From Candidatus Altimarinota bacterium (lineage in GTDB: Bacteria > Patescibacteriota > Gracilibacteria > UBA1369), in assembly GCA_963677745.1 (NCBI GenBank), contig OY782391.1, positions 64,001 through 128,000 of the forward strand: a stretch of 64,000 bases of DNA, read 5' to 3'. The notes under the pieces were generated by a model that saw only the letters and a list, made by a program, of their open reading frames with translations, did not search any database and was not told where the DNA came from. Positions 44,419 through 55,520 of the stretch are shown here, piece after piece (positions within the stretch are counted from its first letter, which is position 1; each line of letters begins with the position of its first letter). The translations under genes were made by a program, and so were the position numbers.

Positions 44419-44796
44419 TTACTCTTCCACCGTCACCAGATTTATCTCGTCGATATTCTGGTTTTTCTTATAAGTAATGAAATTGATCTCATCTGCATGA
44501 ACCTCAGTTATCTTCTTGTTCTTGCCTTCTTTGTCCTGGATATTAATGTTTTTTAATTTGCCTTCCACCATCACCGCCGACCCCTTTTTAAGATAGGTAT
44601 GGCAAATTTCCGCCAGTTTTCTCCAAGCCACCACATTGTGGAAATCGGTTTGTTCTTTTTTTTCTCCATCCCTGGTGCTCCAGTTACGATTGGTGGCCAA
44701 TGTAAACTTGGCCAGTTTCACTCCCGACTCCAGATCGGTCATTTCCGGATCGCGGGTTAAATTACCTATCAGTAAGACCTTATTTAAAGTTCTCAT
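44419..44796 (-). CDS. ssb: Single-stranded DNA-binding protein (short form)
   Basis: LNKVLLIGNLTRDPE, VAWRKLAE, KKG..V.VEG; lacks the DDIPF tail. Confidence 0.92.
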   Translation of the reverse strand: MRTLNKVLLIGNLTRDPEMTDLESGVKLAKFTLATNRNWSTRDGEKKEQTDFHNVVAWRKLAEICHTYLKKGSAVMVEGKLKNINIQDKEGKNKKITEVHADEINFITYKKNQNIDEINLVTVEE

Positions 44797-44920
44797 CTTT
44801 GCTTGTTATGAATTAAACAAGCACAAAGTACTCCGCAATAATGATCCAAAAATAAAATATTATTTAAAAAATATTAAAAAGGACTATGCTGTGACAAAAC
44901 AAATAATAACCAGCCGGCTT

Positions 44921-46111
44921 ATGAAATTAAAAAATTTCCTCGAAACGAATTATCGCGGCAAAACCGTAATCCTGAGGGTCGATTACAATGTTCCGCTTCA
45001 GGGTACACGAATCACCGACGACAACCGGATCAGAGAAAGCCTTCCCACCATCCAAAAGCTTCTCCAGGCCAACTGTAAAATCGTGATACTTTCCCATCTC
45101 GGCCGTCCGGAAGGAAAAATCGTGCCCGGCCTCAGCCTGAAACCCGTCTCCAAAAGGCTTCAAAAACTGACGGGCAGAAAAATACTTTTTCTCAACAAGA
45201 CTACCGGTCCCGATGTGGAAAAAAGCTGCGTTAGCCTTAAACCGGGACAAATTATTCTTCTGGAAAACCTGCGTTTTAATCCTGGCGAGGAGAAAAACGA
45301 TCTCAAATTCGCTGCTTCCCTGGCCAAATTGGGCAATATTTACATTGATGACGCGTTTGGCTGCGTTCACCGTGCACACGCCTCCATTCACGCCATAACC
45401 AAGTTTCTCCCGTCTTTTGCCGGTATATTGCTGCAAAAGGAGGTAAACAATCTGAATCCGCTTCTTGATAATCTGGAATATCCGGTTACCATGGTGATAG
45501 GAGGTGCCAAGATAGACACTAAAATCGATCTTATTAAAAGTTTTGCCGGCCGCGTTAACCATTTTATTATGGGGGGAGGAATTGCCAATACATTTCTGGC
45601 AGCCAAAAAATATCAGCTGGCCGACTCACTGGTGGAAAAAGAAAAGCTGAAAGTAGCACAGGAAATTGAAATACTTATCCGCAGACATCATCACAACCTT
45701 CACCTGCCTCAGGATTATGTGACCGCTTCAAAAATATCAAATCTGGCACTAACAAAAGTATTGTCCGGAAAAATCATCCCCAAAGGAAAGAGAGTACTGG
45801 ATATCGGCCCGCGTGCCTCCGCCCAATTTTCCGAAATCATTGAAAACTCCAAAACCATAATTTGGAACGGCCCAATGGGCGTTTGCGAATTTAAACCTTT
45901 CAGAAAAGGTACTGCACAGATAGCAAAAGCCATTGCCAAAGCCACTAAAAACGGGGCCCGCAGCGTCTTGGGTGGTGGAGACACGGTAGATGCACTTAAA
46001 CTGATCGGTCTTAAAAGCAGTCTTTTCACTCACGTCTCCACGGGCGGTGGCGCCATGCTTGAATACCTGGAAAAAGGAACTCTCCCCGGCCTGGAAGTTT
46101 TGACAAAATAG
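44921..46111 (+). CDS. pgk: Phosphoglycerate kinase
   Basis: RVDYNVP, SHLGRP, LLENLRF, WNGPMG, STGGGA. Confidence 0.97.
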   Translation: MKLKNFLETNYRGKTVILRVDYNVPLQGTRITDDNRIRESLPTIQKLLQANCKIVILSHLGRPEGKIVPGLSLKPVSKRLQKLTGRKILFLNKTTGPDVEKSCVSLKPGQIILLENLRFNPGEEKNDLKFAASLAKLGNIYIDDAFGCVHRAHASIHAITKFLPSFAGILLQKEVNNLNPLLDNLEYPVTMVIGGAKIDTKIDLIKSFAGRVNHFIMGGGIANTFLAAKKYQLADSLVEKEKLKVAQEIEILIRRHHHNLHLPQDYVTASKISNLALTKVLSGKIIPKGKRVLDIGPRASAQFSEIIENSKTIIWNGPMGVCEFKPFRKGTAQIAKAIAKATKNGARSVLGGGDTVDALKLIGLKSSLFTHVSTGGGAMLEYLEKGTLPGLEVLTK

Positions 46112-46140
46112 GTTCTGAACTGAACCGAACTAATTAAACA

Positions 46141-48891
46141 CTATAACGGGACATCTTCGCCTGCCGGCGCTTCATTCTGTGCTTCTGCAGTCAATTGAAG
46201 CAGGGGTTTATCCTGCGATTTTTTGGTTTGCAACAACAACTCGTTTTTATTTACGGTAAGCTTCTTTTTTGGCTCCGTCTTCAAATCCTCCAACGGTTCT
46301 GCACCTTCGGGCTGTGGAAGGGCCGAATTGGCGTCCTCGTCCACATCCCCTCCTTTGCTCCAGCGCATAATTTTATCTTCTACCACCACTCTGGGTGAAC
46401 AATATCTCTCTCTGGCCAAACGGATTACTTTTTCTTTTCTTTCCGCTTCCATATCAACCTGGCGCGGAGGCAGGGTTGCCAGTGAAAAGGTCTTGGAGGG
46501 CATACCATCGATCAACAGACGCATATAGGCAGTGTATTTACTCAGATTGACCAGATCATTGGGCAACACTTCCTCTCCAAATTGTCCTGACAGATATTCC
46601 GCATCATCAAACCCCACCTGATAACTGAGGATTGTACCGACATTGCCGAAAACGGCGTCCCTGACTTCTTCCGGCATCTGGGCAATATACTGATTGGCCA
46701 TAGTCAGATTAAGTCGGTATTTTCTGGCCTCGGACAGAATGGTGGCAAAAGAATCGGTGGCAAAATTCTGGAATTCATCAACATACAGATAAAAATCGAC
46801 ACGGTCTTTTTCGGGAATATTGGCTCTGCTCATGGCGTCGATCTGGAATTTGGTAATAATCATGGAACCCAGCAGCGAGGAATTGTCTTCACCAATCTTG
46901 CCCTTAGACAGGTTGACTACGACGATTTTCTGGTTATCCATGGCCCAGCGGAAATCAATCTTGGAATTTACCTGGCCCAGAATATTTCGCACGATAGGAC
47001 TGGATAAAAACTGGCCGACTTTGTTGAGAATTGGTGAAATAGCCTCAATTTTCATTCTAGGCTCCATCATTTCAAACTCATTCTGCCAGAAACTTTTTAC
47101 CAGGGGATCTTCAATCTTCCGCACAACCTTGCGTCTGAATTCGTAATCCTGAAGTATACGCGGAATCCCCAGCATGGTGGTATTGGGATATTCCAGAAGA
47201 GACAAAACTGTATTGCGTAAAATATGCTCAAGTCTGGGTCCCCAGCTGGTGGAATAAATCTTCTTAAAGATGCCGACCAGACCGGAAGCCACAATGGTAT
47301 TCAGTGAAGGATCAATATTTTCCAGCATATTGAATGCAATGGGCCAATCACGGTCCGATGGATCAAAAATAATCACATCATTAGTTCTCCAGGAGGGCAC
47401 AAAATTCAGCACTGTTTCGGCCAGGTCGCCATGCGGATCAACCACCGCCACTCCCCTGCCGGCCATGATATCGGAATAAATCATGTTTTCCAGGATGGTG
47501 GTCTTACCCATACCGGTTTTCCCGATAATGTACATATGGCGGCGCCGGTCCAGTGTTTTAATGCCAAATTCCATATCAACTCCCCGGAAATTGGTCCGGC
47601 CTATGCCGGTGACCGGCGCCGCTTTCTCATTGGAGGCTTTTGGCAAATCGTTGGGAGGTTCTATTTTCTTCGATCTGACCCAATAAATATTGGGGGTTTG
47701 TACCGTAATATTCGGTAAATGGAAGATGGTCGCCATTTCCTTTACATTCATCAGGAAAGGACTGTCCAACAACCTTTCACGGTATCTTTCCACAATGGAC
47801 GGCTCCTTATAGATTTTTGACAAAGCAAAACCGTTAAGGGTGGGCATGTTAAACTGCTTAAAGGATCCGGCAATCTCCTTTAATTTTACTACGGAGGCAG
47901 CGTGATCTTTCTGCTTTGGTATGTAAACAATGCGAATATTTACCCCGAACAACAGACCGGACAGCTTTTCTTTAGCGGAAAGATCTCCCGAACCTTCCTT
48001 TTTTTCTTCTGTCACAGCGGGTTTAAATCTCTTGGGACTAAAAATCAGCGTAACCGGAAAAAAGATGATCCGTAACAGTGAGGAAGCTTTTACAAAATAA
48101 TTAAAATACCATTTCTGCAAAAATTTCTTTTTGATGGACGAAAAAGAATCGTAAGCTTTTTGAAGATATTTGCCTTTTTTTTCATGAATCGGGCTGAACA
48201 CATATTGTATCCAGGCCTGCTCGTCTGGATCTGAAAACTTGGCCAGCGTCGCAGTTATGGCTGAAAGAGGATCCACGTTCATCTTGGTGGATTTATCCTC
48301 AAATTGGTTATAAAGTTTGATCGGGAAAAAATCGAAATTGGTAAGTGCCAATTCCGCGCCCACCGCCGTTGCAAAAGTGTTTACAACCGAATATTCCAGA
48401 TTTTCGGAAGATTTATGGACAATCACCTGCTTGTCCCGCCCCTCACCGGTAGATTCAGGCTGATCATTTTTAGCCACTTCAACCATCTGCGGAAGACTGT
48501 AATCAGGCACATCCTCTATCTCCACATGCGGATACTGGGCATAGATCTGTCCTTCCACCAGATTACGGAGTTTTTGAGGAAAATGGACGTAAAACCTGAT
48601 ACTTCTGCCAATATTGGCTATTTCAAATGAAATTTTCTCCGGATTTACCCCTTTTACCCTTTCCCACCAGCCTATTTTGGACACAATGCTGTGAATTGTC
48701 GAAAAAACCTGTTCAGCCACCAGTGGCCCGCACTCATTATCCTTTGCCACCCGAACCATTAAAACAATCGATTTCTCTTTATTTAAAGCTTTTTTTTGTC
48801 CCCAGGAGGCCAATATTTCCATTATAATCAAGAGCAGGTATAAGCCTACCAGCGCACCCAATGACAGATTTATGATCAAAGCCCAGTTCAT
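46141..48891 (-). CDS. VirD4/TraG-like (HerA/FtsK superfamily) ATPase
   Basis: GKTGMGKT, DPHGD, YVDEFQNF, LSEARKY; architecture typical of CPR genomes. Confidence 0.9.
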   Translation of the reverse strand: MNWALIINLSLGALVGLYLLLIIMEILASWGQKKALNKEKSIVLMVRVAKDNECGPLVAEQVFSTIHSIVSKIGWWERVKGVNPEKISFEIANIGRSIRFYVHFPQKLRNLVEGQIYAQYPHVEIEDVPDYSLPQMVEVAKNDQPESTGEGRDKQVIVHKSSENLEYSVVNTFATAVGAELALTNFDFFPIKLYNQFEDKSTKMNVDPLSAITATLAKFSDPDEQAWIQYVFSPIHEKKGKYLQKAYDSFSSIKKKFLQKWYFNYFVKASSLLRIIFFPVTLIFSPKRFKPAVTEEKKEGSGDLSAKEKLSGLLFGVNIRIVYIPKQKDHAASVVKLKEIAGSFKQFNMPTLNGFALSKIYKEPSIVERYRERLLDSPFLMNVKEMATIFHLPNITVQTPNIYWVRSKKIEPPNDLPKASNEKAAPVTGIGRTNFRGVDMEFGIKTLDRRRHMYIIGKTGMGKTTILENMIYSDIMAGRGVAVVDPHGDLAETVLNFVPSWRTNDVIIFDPSDRDWPIAFNMLENIDPSLNTIVASGLVGIFKKIYSTSWGPRLEHILRNTVLSLLEYPNTTMLGIPRILQDYEFRRKVVRKIEDPLVKSFWQNEFEMMEPRMKIEAISPILNKVGQFLSSPIVRNILGQVNSKIDFRWAMDNQKIVVVNLSKGKIGEDNSSLLGSMIITKFQIDAMSRANIPEKDRVDFYLYVDEFQNFATDSFATILSEARKYRLNLTMANQYIAQMPEEVRDAVFGNVGTILSYQVGFDDAEYLSGQFGEEVLPNDLVNLSKYTAYMRLLIDGMPSKTFSLATLPPRQVDMEAERKEKVIRLARERYCSPRVVVEDKIMRWSKGGDVDEDANSALPQPEGAEPLEDLKTEPKKKLTVNKNELLLQTKKSQDKPLLQLTAEAQNEAPAGEDVPL

Positions 48892-48923
48892 TATGTTTGT
48901 TTATTTATCTAATTTTACCTTAT

Positions 48924-49358
48924 TTAAGGCCTGAAGTCTATATAGCGATGCACCAAAATTATGGCTGACATTTCATCTTCCGTCAGTTTTTTTTCTCTTC
49001 CTTTTACCCCTATTTTATCCAGAATCTTATTGGCCTCGAAAGTACTGAATGATTCATCGATGTATTCCAGCTCAACCGACTGATTTTTTTGTACGAGAAA
49101 TTCCTGCAAAACATCCGCAAACTTCCTGATCTTTATAGTTTGAGAGGTCTCTTGCCCCTCTTTACCCATCGGCAGTCCAACCAGGATTAATTTTATCTCA
49201 TCCCGAATTACCAGACTGTAAATTTCTTCTAAAATATCAGGCAGACTTTTGCCCTTGATAGTTCCCCTTCCAAAAGCCATCATTCTGTCGGCATCCGAAA
49301 CAGCCAACCCAATGGAACTTCCTCCATAATCAATGGCTAAAATTTTACCTTTACCCAT
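48924..49358 (-). CDS. ruvX: YqgF/RuvX resolvase-like nuclease
   Basis: LAIDYG..IGLAVSD, VGLP, DESFST. Confidence 0.92.
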   Translation of the reverse strand: MGKGKILAIDYGGSSIGLAVSDADRMMAFGRGTIKGKSLPDILEEIYSLVIRDEIKLILVGLPMGKEGQETSQTIKIRKFADVLQEFLVQKNQSVELEYIDESFSTFEANKILDKIGVKGREKKLTEDEMSAIILVHRYIDFRP

Positions 49359-49361
49359 GTT

Positions 49362-49811
49362 TCAGCTGGGGTCAGCCTTAATATTGACTTTTATCTTGGC
49401 CTTCAGACCTTCCGCCAGTTTAATTTCAACTTCATGAGATCCAACCTCCTTGATATGCAGTTTGTTGGAGAAATTTGACTTATCCAGGCGGATTTTCACT
49501 TTATCCACCAAACCTTTAATCAAATCTTCGACGCCGATGGAAGCGTAAAGAGTGTTGCCCTTGGCTTTGCCGTTTATATCCAGTACCACGCCGTCCAGTT
49601 TGCTTTTTACCAAGGCGGCTTCTTCCTTGATCCTTTCCGCGTCCATTACCTCCTTTTGTTTCTTAAGCTCAGCCATTTTAACAGCTTCAGCGGTGGCAAT
49701 CTTGGCCAGCTTGCGGGGAGCCAGATAATTCAGATAATATCCGTCGGCCACGTTTTTAACATCACCTTTACGACCGATACCTTTTACATTTTCCAAAAAT
49801 ATTACCTTCAT
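49362..49811 (-). CDS. rplI: 50S ribosomal protein L9
   Basis: MKVIFLENVKGIGRKGDVKNVADGY..NYL.P. Confidence 0.96.
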   Translation of the reverse strand: MKVIFLENVKGIGRKGDVKNVADGYYLNYLAPRKLAKIATAEAVKMAELKKQKEVMDAERIKEEAALVKSKLDGVVLDINGKAKGNTLYASIGVEDLIKGLVDKVKIRLDKSNFSNKLHIKEVGSHEVEIKLAEGLKAKIKVNIKADPS

Positions 49812-49828
49812 AAAAACTATAGTTAGGA

Positions 49829-51526
49829 TTATTTACACTCATTACCTATACACCAATCGGCTATATTTACAAAACGATCGTTGATATAGGCCAAATCCTC
49901 CAGTTTAATCCCCTTCACTTTATTATCAGTCAAAAACAGATAACTGGGACGATACAAAAACAGTGCGGGCGCCTCCCTGTTTAAAGTTTCAGCCAGTAAT
50001 TTTTGCCTGTCCGCCTTTTCATCTTTGTCAAAGGTAGCCCTGATTTTCTCTATTTGCTGATCGGCGGCCAGACTTCTAAATTGTGAAAGGTTCAAACCGT
50101 CCTCCCGACTCTGACTGGAATGCCAGAAAGGAAAAGTGTCCATGTTATAGCCCATGCTCTGACCTGCAAAAATCATGTCATATTGCTTGGATCTGATCGC
50201 ATCAAGATATTCCTGTTCCGCCAGATAGCTCAGTTCCACCTTTACTCCTCCCTTTTTCCAGGCCTCCTGAAGGTACTTTCCCAGTATCTGCATTTCTGAG
50301 GACTGGGCGGACCCCTCATCATATTGACGTAAAATCAAGGTCAAAGTCATTTCTTTACCTTCCTTGTCCCGTCTGTATATTTCTCCCGGCACAATTTCTC
50401 CCTTATCATCTTTTTTGAATTTATAACCCGCATCAAAAAGAGCACCGCTGGCTTCTTTCAAATCCGGTTTGTTAAGCCATTCCTTCTGTTCCAGTTCCAT
50501 CAGCGGGGTATCGACTCTTATTTTGTTTTCCAATTGTTTAAGCAAATCATCCTTATCGACCAGCTTTATTAGAGCAATTCTAACCTTCTGTTCCTTGAGA
50601 ATATCGCTTTCCGTGTTGAAAAACACGGCATTATACTGGGGCAGGATATAACTCTCGGTTTTAAACCTGGCATCATAGACCAGTTCGTTCAGCTTGCCCG
50701 TCACCCTCGACACAATATTCAGAGAATCCTTGTCTCTCAGTAAACTTTCTTCATCCGGATATATTTTGAATCTCACCTGGGTGATCTTCGGTTTGACGGA
50801 ATAGTACTTGGCAAACATAGACAGCGTCACTTTTTGCTTTCCGTCATTGGCGATTTCCAGGGGACTCAAAACTTTATAAGGTCCTGATCCGATGGGTTGA
50901 AGATTAAATTTATTGTTCAACAATTCATTAACCGGGATTTCCTCCAGAATATGCTTGGGCAGCAATCCGACGTTCAAATTGGTAATAAAAAAAGAATTGG
51001 AACTGCTCAAGACGAACTTTACCGTTTTTTCATCTAGCTTTTCAATCTTCACCCCCTCAAAATCAGCTTTCAAAAGCTGATTCTGAAACTGGGCATTCTG
51101 AATGACACTGAAAGTAAAGATAACATCATCGGCTGTTACCGGGACCTCATCATGCCATAAAGCATTATCCCTAAGCGTAAAAATATACTCCTTTTTGTCT
51201 TCACTGATCCTCAGGGAAGCCAGATCGTCTACAAAACCTTTCATCTTCGGATCGTATTTCAATAAACCGGAAAATATCAATGATGAAACGTCCCTGTTGG
51301 TCTGCGAATAATCCGTATAGAGGGGATTTAAAAGAATCGGTTTGTTGCTGATAACCGCTTCCGTATAAACACTGCTGTCTGCAAAAACGGACTCCGGACT
51401 AAGCAGGAAAATACCGGTTCTGACTGTAAAGAACATAAAAACCAGCAGACAGACAATACTGATTACTTTCTCTTCCAGAGAATAGGCAGAGATAACCTTT
51501 CTGATAGTGGCTAAAAATTGTTTCAT
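49829..51526 (-). CDS. Peptide ABC-type substrate-binding protein (family 5)
   Basis: LNP, IFSGL, WHD..VTADDVIFT, PIGSGPY. Confidence 0.9.
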   Translation of the reverse strand: MKQFLATIRKVISAYSLEEKVISIVCLLVFMFFTVRTGIFLLSPESVFADSSVYTEAVISNKPILLNPLYTDYSQTNRDVSSLIFSGLLKYDPKMKGFVDDLASLRISEDKKEYIFTLRDNALWHDEVPVTADDVIFTFSVIQNAQFQNQLLKADFEGVKIEKLDEKTVKFVLSSSNSFFITNLNVGLLPKHILEEIPVNELLNNKFNLQPIGSGPYKVLSPLEIANDGKQKVTLSMFAKYYSVKPKITQVRFKIYPDEESLLRDKDSLNIVSRVTGKLNELVYDARFKTESYILPQYNAVFFNTESDILKEQKVRIALIKLVDKDDLLKQLENKIRVDTPLMELEQKEWLNKPDLKEASGALFDAGYKFKKDDKGEIVPGEIYRRDKEGKEMTLTLILRQYDEGSAQSSEMQILGKYLQEAWKKGGVKVELSYLAEQEYLDAIRSKQYDMIFAGQSMGYNMDTFPFWHSSQSREDGLNLSQFRSLAADQQIEKIRATFDKDEKADRQKLLAETLNREAPALFLYRPSYLFLTDNKVKGIKLEDLAYINDRFVNIADWCIGNECK

Positions 51527-51548
51527 AATGGCTTTTTCCTTATGGAAA

Positions 51549-51770
51549 TTAAGCCACAAACAAAAATGCCACCGAACTTAATACAAATAAAACCGCAAAA
51601 ATAATCGTTGCGTTAAAAATCACTTTTTCCGCACCACGCTTGGTAGTCGCAATGGAACTTGTTGAAGTCATTGAACCTGCGGAAAATCCCGAAGTCTTAT
51701 TCTGCATCAGAATTGCAAATATCAGTAATACCGACACAATCAGCTGAAAATATTTTAGGAAAGTAATCAT
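51549..51770 (-). CDS. secG: Preprotein translocase subunit SecG
   Basis: ILMQ..G...TKRGAEK with two TM segments. Confidence 0.9.
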   Translation of the reverse strand: MITFLKYFQLIVSVLLIFAILMQNKTSGFSAGSMTSTSSIATTKRGAEKVIFNATIIFAVLFVLSSVAFLFVA

Positions 51771-51869
51771 CTTGTATTAATAATAGCTATAAACCGACAG
51801 ACTTATAGCACTTTTATCCGGCAGGGTCAAACCGGCAAAAAGACTAATAATTCTGTTTAAATTGAGTCT

Positions 51870-54800
51870 TTAAGATTTTTTCAGCGCTACTTTTACTTCC
51901 AGGCCGTCTATTTCCACTTTGGTCTCTTTATCCCATTCCATATCACCCTTCTGGATCAGCTCATCCGCCAATGTTTCGCGCATGATGTAGTCGGCATGTT
52001 TGGTGACCGCATCAGCAATTTCATGATGCGCCGTGACATCCAGTATAATGTGATCGCTGACATTATAATCGGCATCTTTTCTCAGATCCTGAACAATACG
52101 CACCACTTCTCTGGCATAACCTTCCGACAACAACTCCTCTGTTATTTCAATATGCAGTATGACTGTAATCCCATTCTCGCTGGCCGCATCCGTATTGGCA
52201 TCATTGCCGCTGGACATCGTTTCCAGTGTAAATTCATCGGAAGTCAGTCTGACCTGCGTGCCTTCCCCAACAGTTAATTTGGTCATTACTATCTCACCGT
52301 TTTCCTGTATGAAATTCCCCTCCTTGGCTTCTCGTATAATGTCTTGAACCAGTGAACCAAATTTTGGTCCAAGCAGTTTGGAATTTGGCTTTAGGATGAC
52401 CTTTACCAGATCTCCTACTTCCTCCATTTTCAAGAATTTCACCTCCTTGACATTCAGTTCTTCGGCAATTACTTCCATTTGTTTTTCAACCGCCTTGCTG
52501 TCCGCACCTTCCGGAAGTGCCACCTCCACCAGACCCAGGGGCTGTCTGACCTTGATCTTGCTCTTTGACCTGATCTGATGTCCCAAAGTAACTATCGCCC
52601 TCACCAGATGATTCTGTTCATTTAGATTGGTGTCGACAAAACCCGCTCTGTACTCAGGCCAATCAGTCAGATGAACTGATTCCTCCCCAGTCAGATTTCT
52701 ATAAATTTCCTCCGACATAAATGGCATAAAGGGCGCCAGTAATTTGGAAAAAACCACCAATACCGTATAGAGAGTCTGATAGGCCTCATTCTTATCTGTG
52801 TCATTCTCTGATTTCCAGAAACGTCTTCTGGATCGGCGTACATACCAATTGGAAAGATTGTCAATAAACTCGATCATCGGCCTGGTAGCCTTCATCAGGT
52901 TATAATTCTCCATCTCTTCCGATGTAATCTTGATCAAATTATTTAATTCGGAGAGAATCCAACGGTCCAGTGCATGCTTGGGACTGAAATCCTTGATCAA
53001 TTTTTTAGGACTCCAGCCGTCAATATTGGCATAGGTTACAAAGAAACTATAGGTGTTCCAGATGGTCAGATTGAACTTTTTCAGAAAATCATCCACATGC
53101 TGTTCCGAAAATCTCACCCCGTCACCCAGCACCACCGGTGACTGATATAAATAAAATCTGACTGCGTCCACGCCTTTACTGGCAAAAAGCAGGGTTGGAT
53201 CGGGAAAATTCTTTTTGCTTTTGGAAAGTTTCTCGCCGTCAGCCGCATTGATATGCCCGGTACAGACAATATTGTTGGAAGCAGGTTTGTCGAAAAGTAT
53301 GGTTGCCAGCACATGCAAAGTATAAAACCAGCCCCGAGTCTGATCTATTGCCTCTATAATAAAATCCGCCGGAAAATTATTTTCCAGTTTTTCCTTATTC
53401 TCAAAAGGATAGTGCATCTGCGCATAAGGCATGTTGCCGCTCTCAAACCAGCAGTCAAACACTTCCGGGACTCGTTTCATCAGATATTTCTCATCCTGTG
53501 AATCTGCGTGATCCGGATGCATAAAAGTAATCGCATCGATAAACGGCCGGTGTAAATCCAGGTTGCCCTGATCATCCTGCGGCAGCTTGCCTCCGGACAA
53601 TTTCTTCAGGTCTTCCATTGACCCGACGCAGATCAGATCTCCGTTCTTGTTTTGCCAGATGGGCAAAGGGCAGCCCCAATAACGGCTTCTGGAAATACTC
53701 CAGTCACGGGCCCCTTCCAGCCATTTTCCGAATCTGCCTTCCTTGATGTGCTGGGGCTGCCAATTGATCTTTTCATTATTGGCCAGCATTTTATCCTTAA
53801 CATCCGTGACGCGTATAAACCAGGAGTTCGTTACATAATTCAAAAGCGGGGTATCGGTCCGCCAGCAATGAGGATAGGAATGGCGAAAGAACTCATCAGA
53901 AAACAAAAGTCCCCTTTCCTTCAGGAATTTACCGACATTCTGATCCTGTCCGCGTACGTACTTACCGGCAAAATCCGTAACTTCGGGCTTAAAATTCCCG
54001 TTCATTTCCACGTGAACGATCGGTTCCAGTTTATGCTGATTGATCAGATTGAAGTCGTCCTCGCCGAAACCGCCGGCAATATGTACAATTCCAGTTCCGC
54101 TGTCCGTAGTAACAAAATCGGCGGTAAAAATCTGAAAATAATTGGGATCTTTCTTGGCGTAATAATCGAACAACGGTTTATATTTTTTACCGATCAGTTC
54201 TTCAGCCTTTACTGCGCGCAATAACTTAAATTCTTTATCCTTGAATACGGCCTCCAGACGTTCTTTTCCGACAATATATTGCTGACCTTCCCATTCCACC
54301 AGCACGTATTCCAGATCCTTGCCGATTGCCAGAGCCTGGTTTCCAGGCAAAGTCCAGGGAGTGGTGGTCCAGGCCAGTACAAACACTCCCGGCTGATCAA
54401 CCAGTTCAAATTTCACTGTTACAGAATAATCTGTGACATCTTTATAATTCTGGGAAGCCTCAAAGTTACTAAGAGGCGTCTCCAGCCCCGTTGAAATATG
54501 CATGGGCTTGTATCCCTGATAAACCATACCCTTGTCCCAGATCTGTTTAAAAACAGACCAGATCGACTCCATATAATCATTATTAAGTGTGGCATAACCA
54601 TGCTCAAAATCAACCCAGCGCCCCAGTCTTTCCATAATCTGCTCCCATTCCTTGGTATAACGGAAAACCGAGGCCCGGCACTCGGCGTTAAATTGTTTTA
54701 TGCCGATTTTTTCTATATCAGCTCTTCCCCGGATATTGTGAGCTTTCTCAATTTCATTTTCTACGGGAACCCCGTGACAATCCCAACCGGCATTTCTGGG

Positions 54801-55040
54801 AACATAGAACCCCTTCATAGTCCAATACCTGGCCACTGCATCCTTCAGAGCGCTGATCATCAAATGTCCGTAGTGGGGCAGGCCGTTGGCAAATGGCGGT
54901 CCGTCAAAAAACACCACCTTTTTAGCCGTTTCCCTGTTCTTCAGTGATTTTTCAAAAATTTTGCCGTCACGCCAGATTTTCAGGTTTTCCAGTTCTATTT
55001 CGGCCAAATTTTGATTATTTTTTACCGGTTTAAATGACAT
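51870..55040 (-). CDS. ileS: Isoleucyl-tRNA synthetase (type 2)
   Basis: DGPPFANGLPHYGH, GWDCHG, WTTTPWTLP, KLSKS; type-2 C-terminus. Confidence 0.97.
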   Translation of the reverse strand: MSFKPVKNNQNLAEIELENLKIWRDGKIFEKSLKNRETAKKVVFFDGPPFANGLPHYGHLMISALKDAVARYWTMKGFYVPRNAGWDCHGVPVENEIEKAHNIRGRADIEKIGIKQFNAECRASVFRYTKEWEQIMERLGRWVDFEHGYATLNNDYMESIWSVFKQIWDKGMVYQGYKPMHISTGLETPLSNFEASQNYKDVTDYSVTVKFELVDQPGVFVLAWTTTPWTLPGNQALAIGKDLEYVLVEWEGQQYIVGKERLEAVFKDKEFKLLRAVKAEELIGKKYKPLFDYYAKKDPNYFQIFTADFVTTDSGTGIVHIAGGFGEDDFNLINQHKLEPIVHVEMNGNFKPEVTDFAGKYVRGQDQNVGKFLKERGLLFSDEFFRHSYPHCWRTDTPLLNYVTNSWFIRVTDVKDKMLANNEKINWQPQHIKEGRFGKWLEGARDWSISRSRYWGCPLPIWQNKNGDLICVGSMEDLKKLSGGKLPQDDQGNLDLHRPFIDAITFMHPDHADSQDEKYLMKRVPEVFDCWFESGNMPYAQMHYPFENKEKLENNFPADFIIEAIDQTRGWFYTLHVLATILFDKPASNNIVCTGHINAADGEKLSKSKKNFPDPTLLFASKGVDAVRFYLYQSPVVLGDGVRFSEQHVDDFLKKFNLTIWNTYSFFVTYANIDGWSPKKLIKDFSPKHALDRWILSELNNLIKITSEEMENYNLMKATRPMIEFIDNLSNWYVRRSRRRFWKSENDTDKNEAYQTLYTVLVVFSKLLAPFMPFMSEEIYRNLTGEESVHLTDWPEYRAGFVDTNLNEQNHLVRAIVTLGHQIRSKSKIKVRQPLGLVEVALPEGADSKAVEKQMEVIAEELNVKEVKFLKMEEVGDLVKVILKPNSKLLGPKFGSLVQDIIREAKEGNFIQENGEIVMTKLTVGEGTQVRLTSDEFTLETMSSGNDANTDAASENGITVILHIEITEELLSEGYAREVVRIVQDLRKDADYNVSDHIILDVTAHHEIADAVTKHADYIMRETLADELIQKGDMEWDKETKVEIDGLEVKVALKKS

Positions 55041-55165
55041 ATTAAGGCAGGTTAGAAAAACTGTTTCTTATAACAAATTCAAAAAATTGCGCAGGCAGAA
55101 TATACCACCACGTCAAATCAATGTCTACGATGATTGTACAAGCTCAAAAGACCTTCCTGATCAAA

Positions 55166-55465
55166 TTATTTCTCCAGATATAAATCACGAAACTCCTGAA
55201 GCGCCTTTACAAAAACCTTGTCGATATCTTTTATATTGGATCTTAGAAATTCCATCAGTTTTTCCGGCTTTTCAGGTTTTTCCGCCATCTTTTCCAGCTC
55301 CGCCTGCTTTTTTGCAGGCAAACTGTCCATCGAAGCCAAAATCAACTTTTGTTCCAGTCTCACATTCAAATCCTCCAGCAGCTGTTCTTCCACCGCTGCA
55401 GGCAGCCCCGTCTGTCCGGCATCTTTCAACAATTGTTTCAGAAATTTTCTTACATTGGTATCCAT
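55166..55465 (-). CDS. Small helical hypothetical protein (DUF5663-like)
   Basis: 99-aa helical ORF of a type common in CPR. Confidence 0.6.
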   Translation of the reverse strand: MDTNVRKFLKQLLKDAGQTGLPAAVEEQLLEDLNVRLEQKLILASMDSLPAKKQAELEKMAEKPEKPEKLMEFLRSNIKDIDKVFVKALQEFRDLYLEK

Positions 55466-55520
55466 ATTTTTTTGTTTATTTTTCTAATTATATATTAACT
55501 ATTTTGATCCGGGAATCAAA

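Noticed and set aside
44636-44920. N-terminal extension of pgk in the ORF track
   Set aside because: Overlaps ssb antisense; homology begins at ATG 44921
46141-48891. VirD4-like ATPase as evidence of a conjugative element
   Set aside because: No relaxase or T4SS genes nearby; lies downstream of rplI-ruvX and such ATPases are common chromosomal genes in CPR
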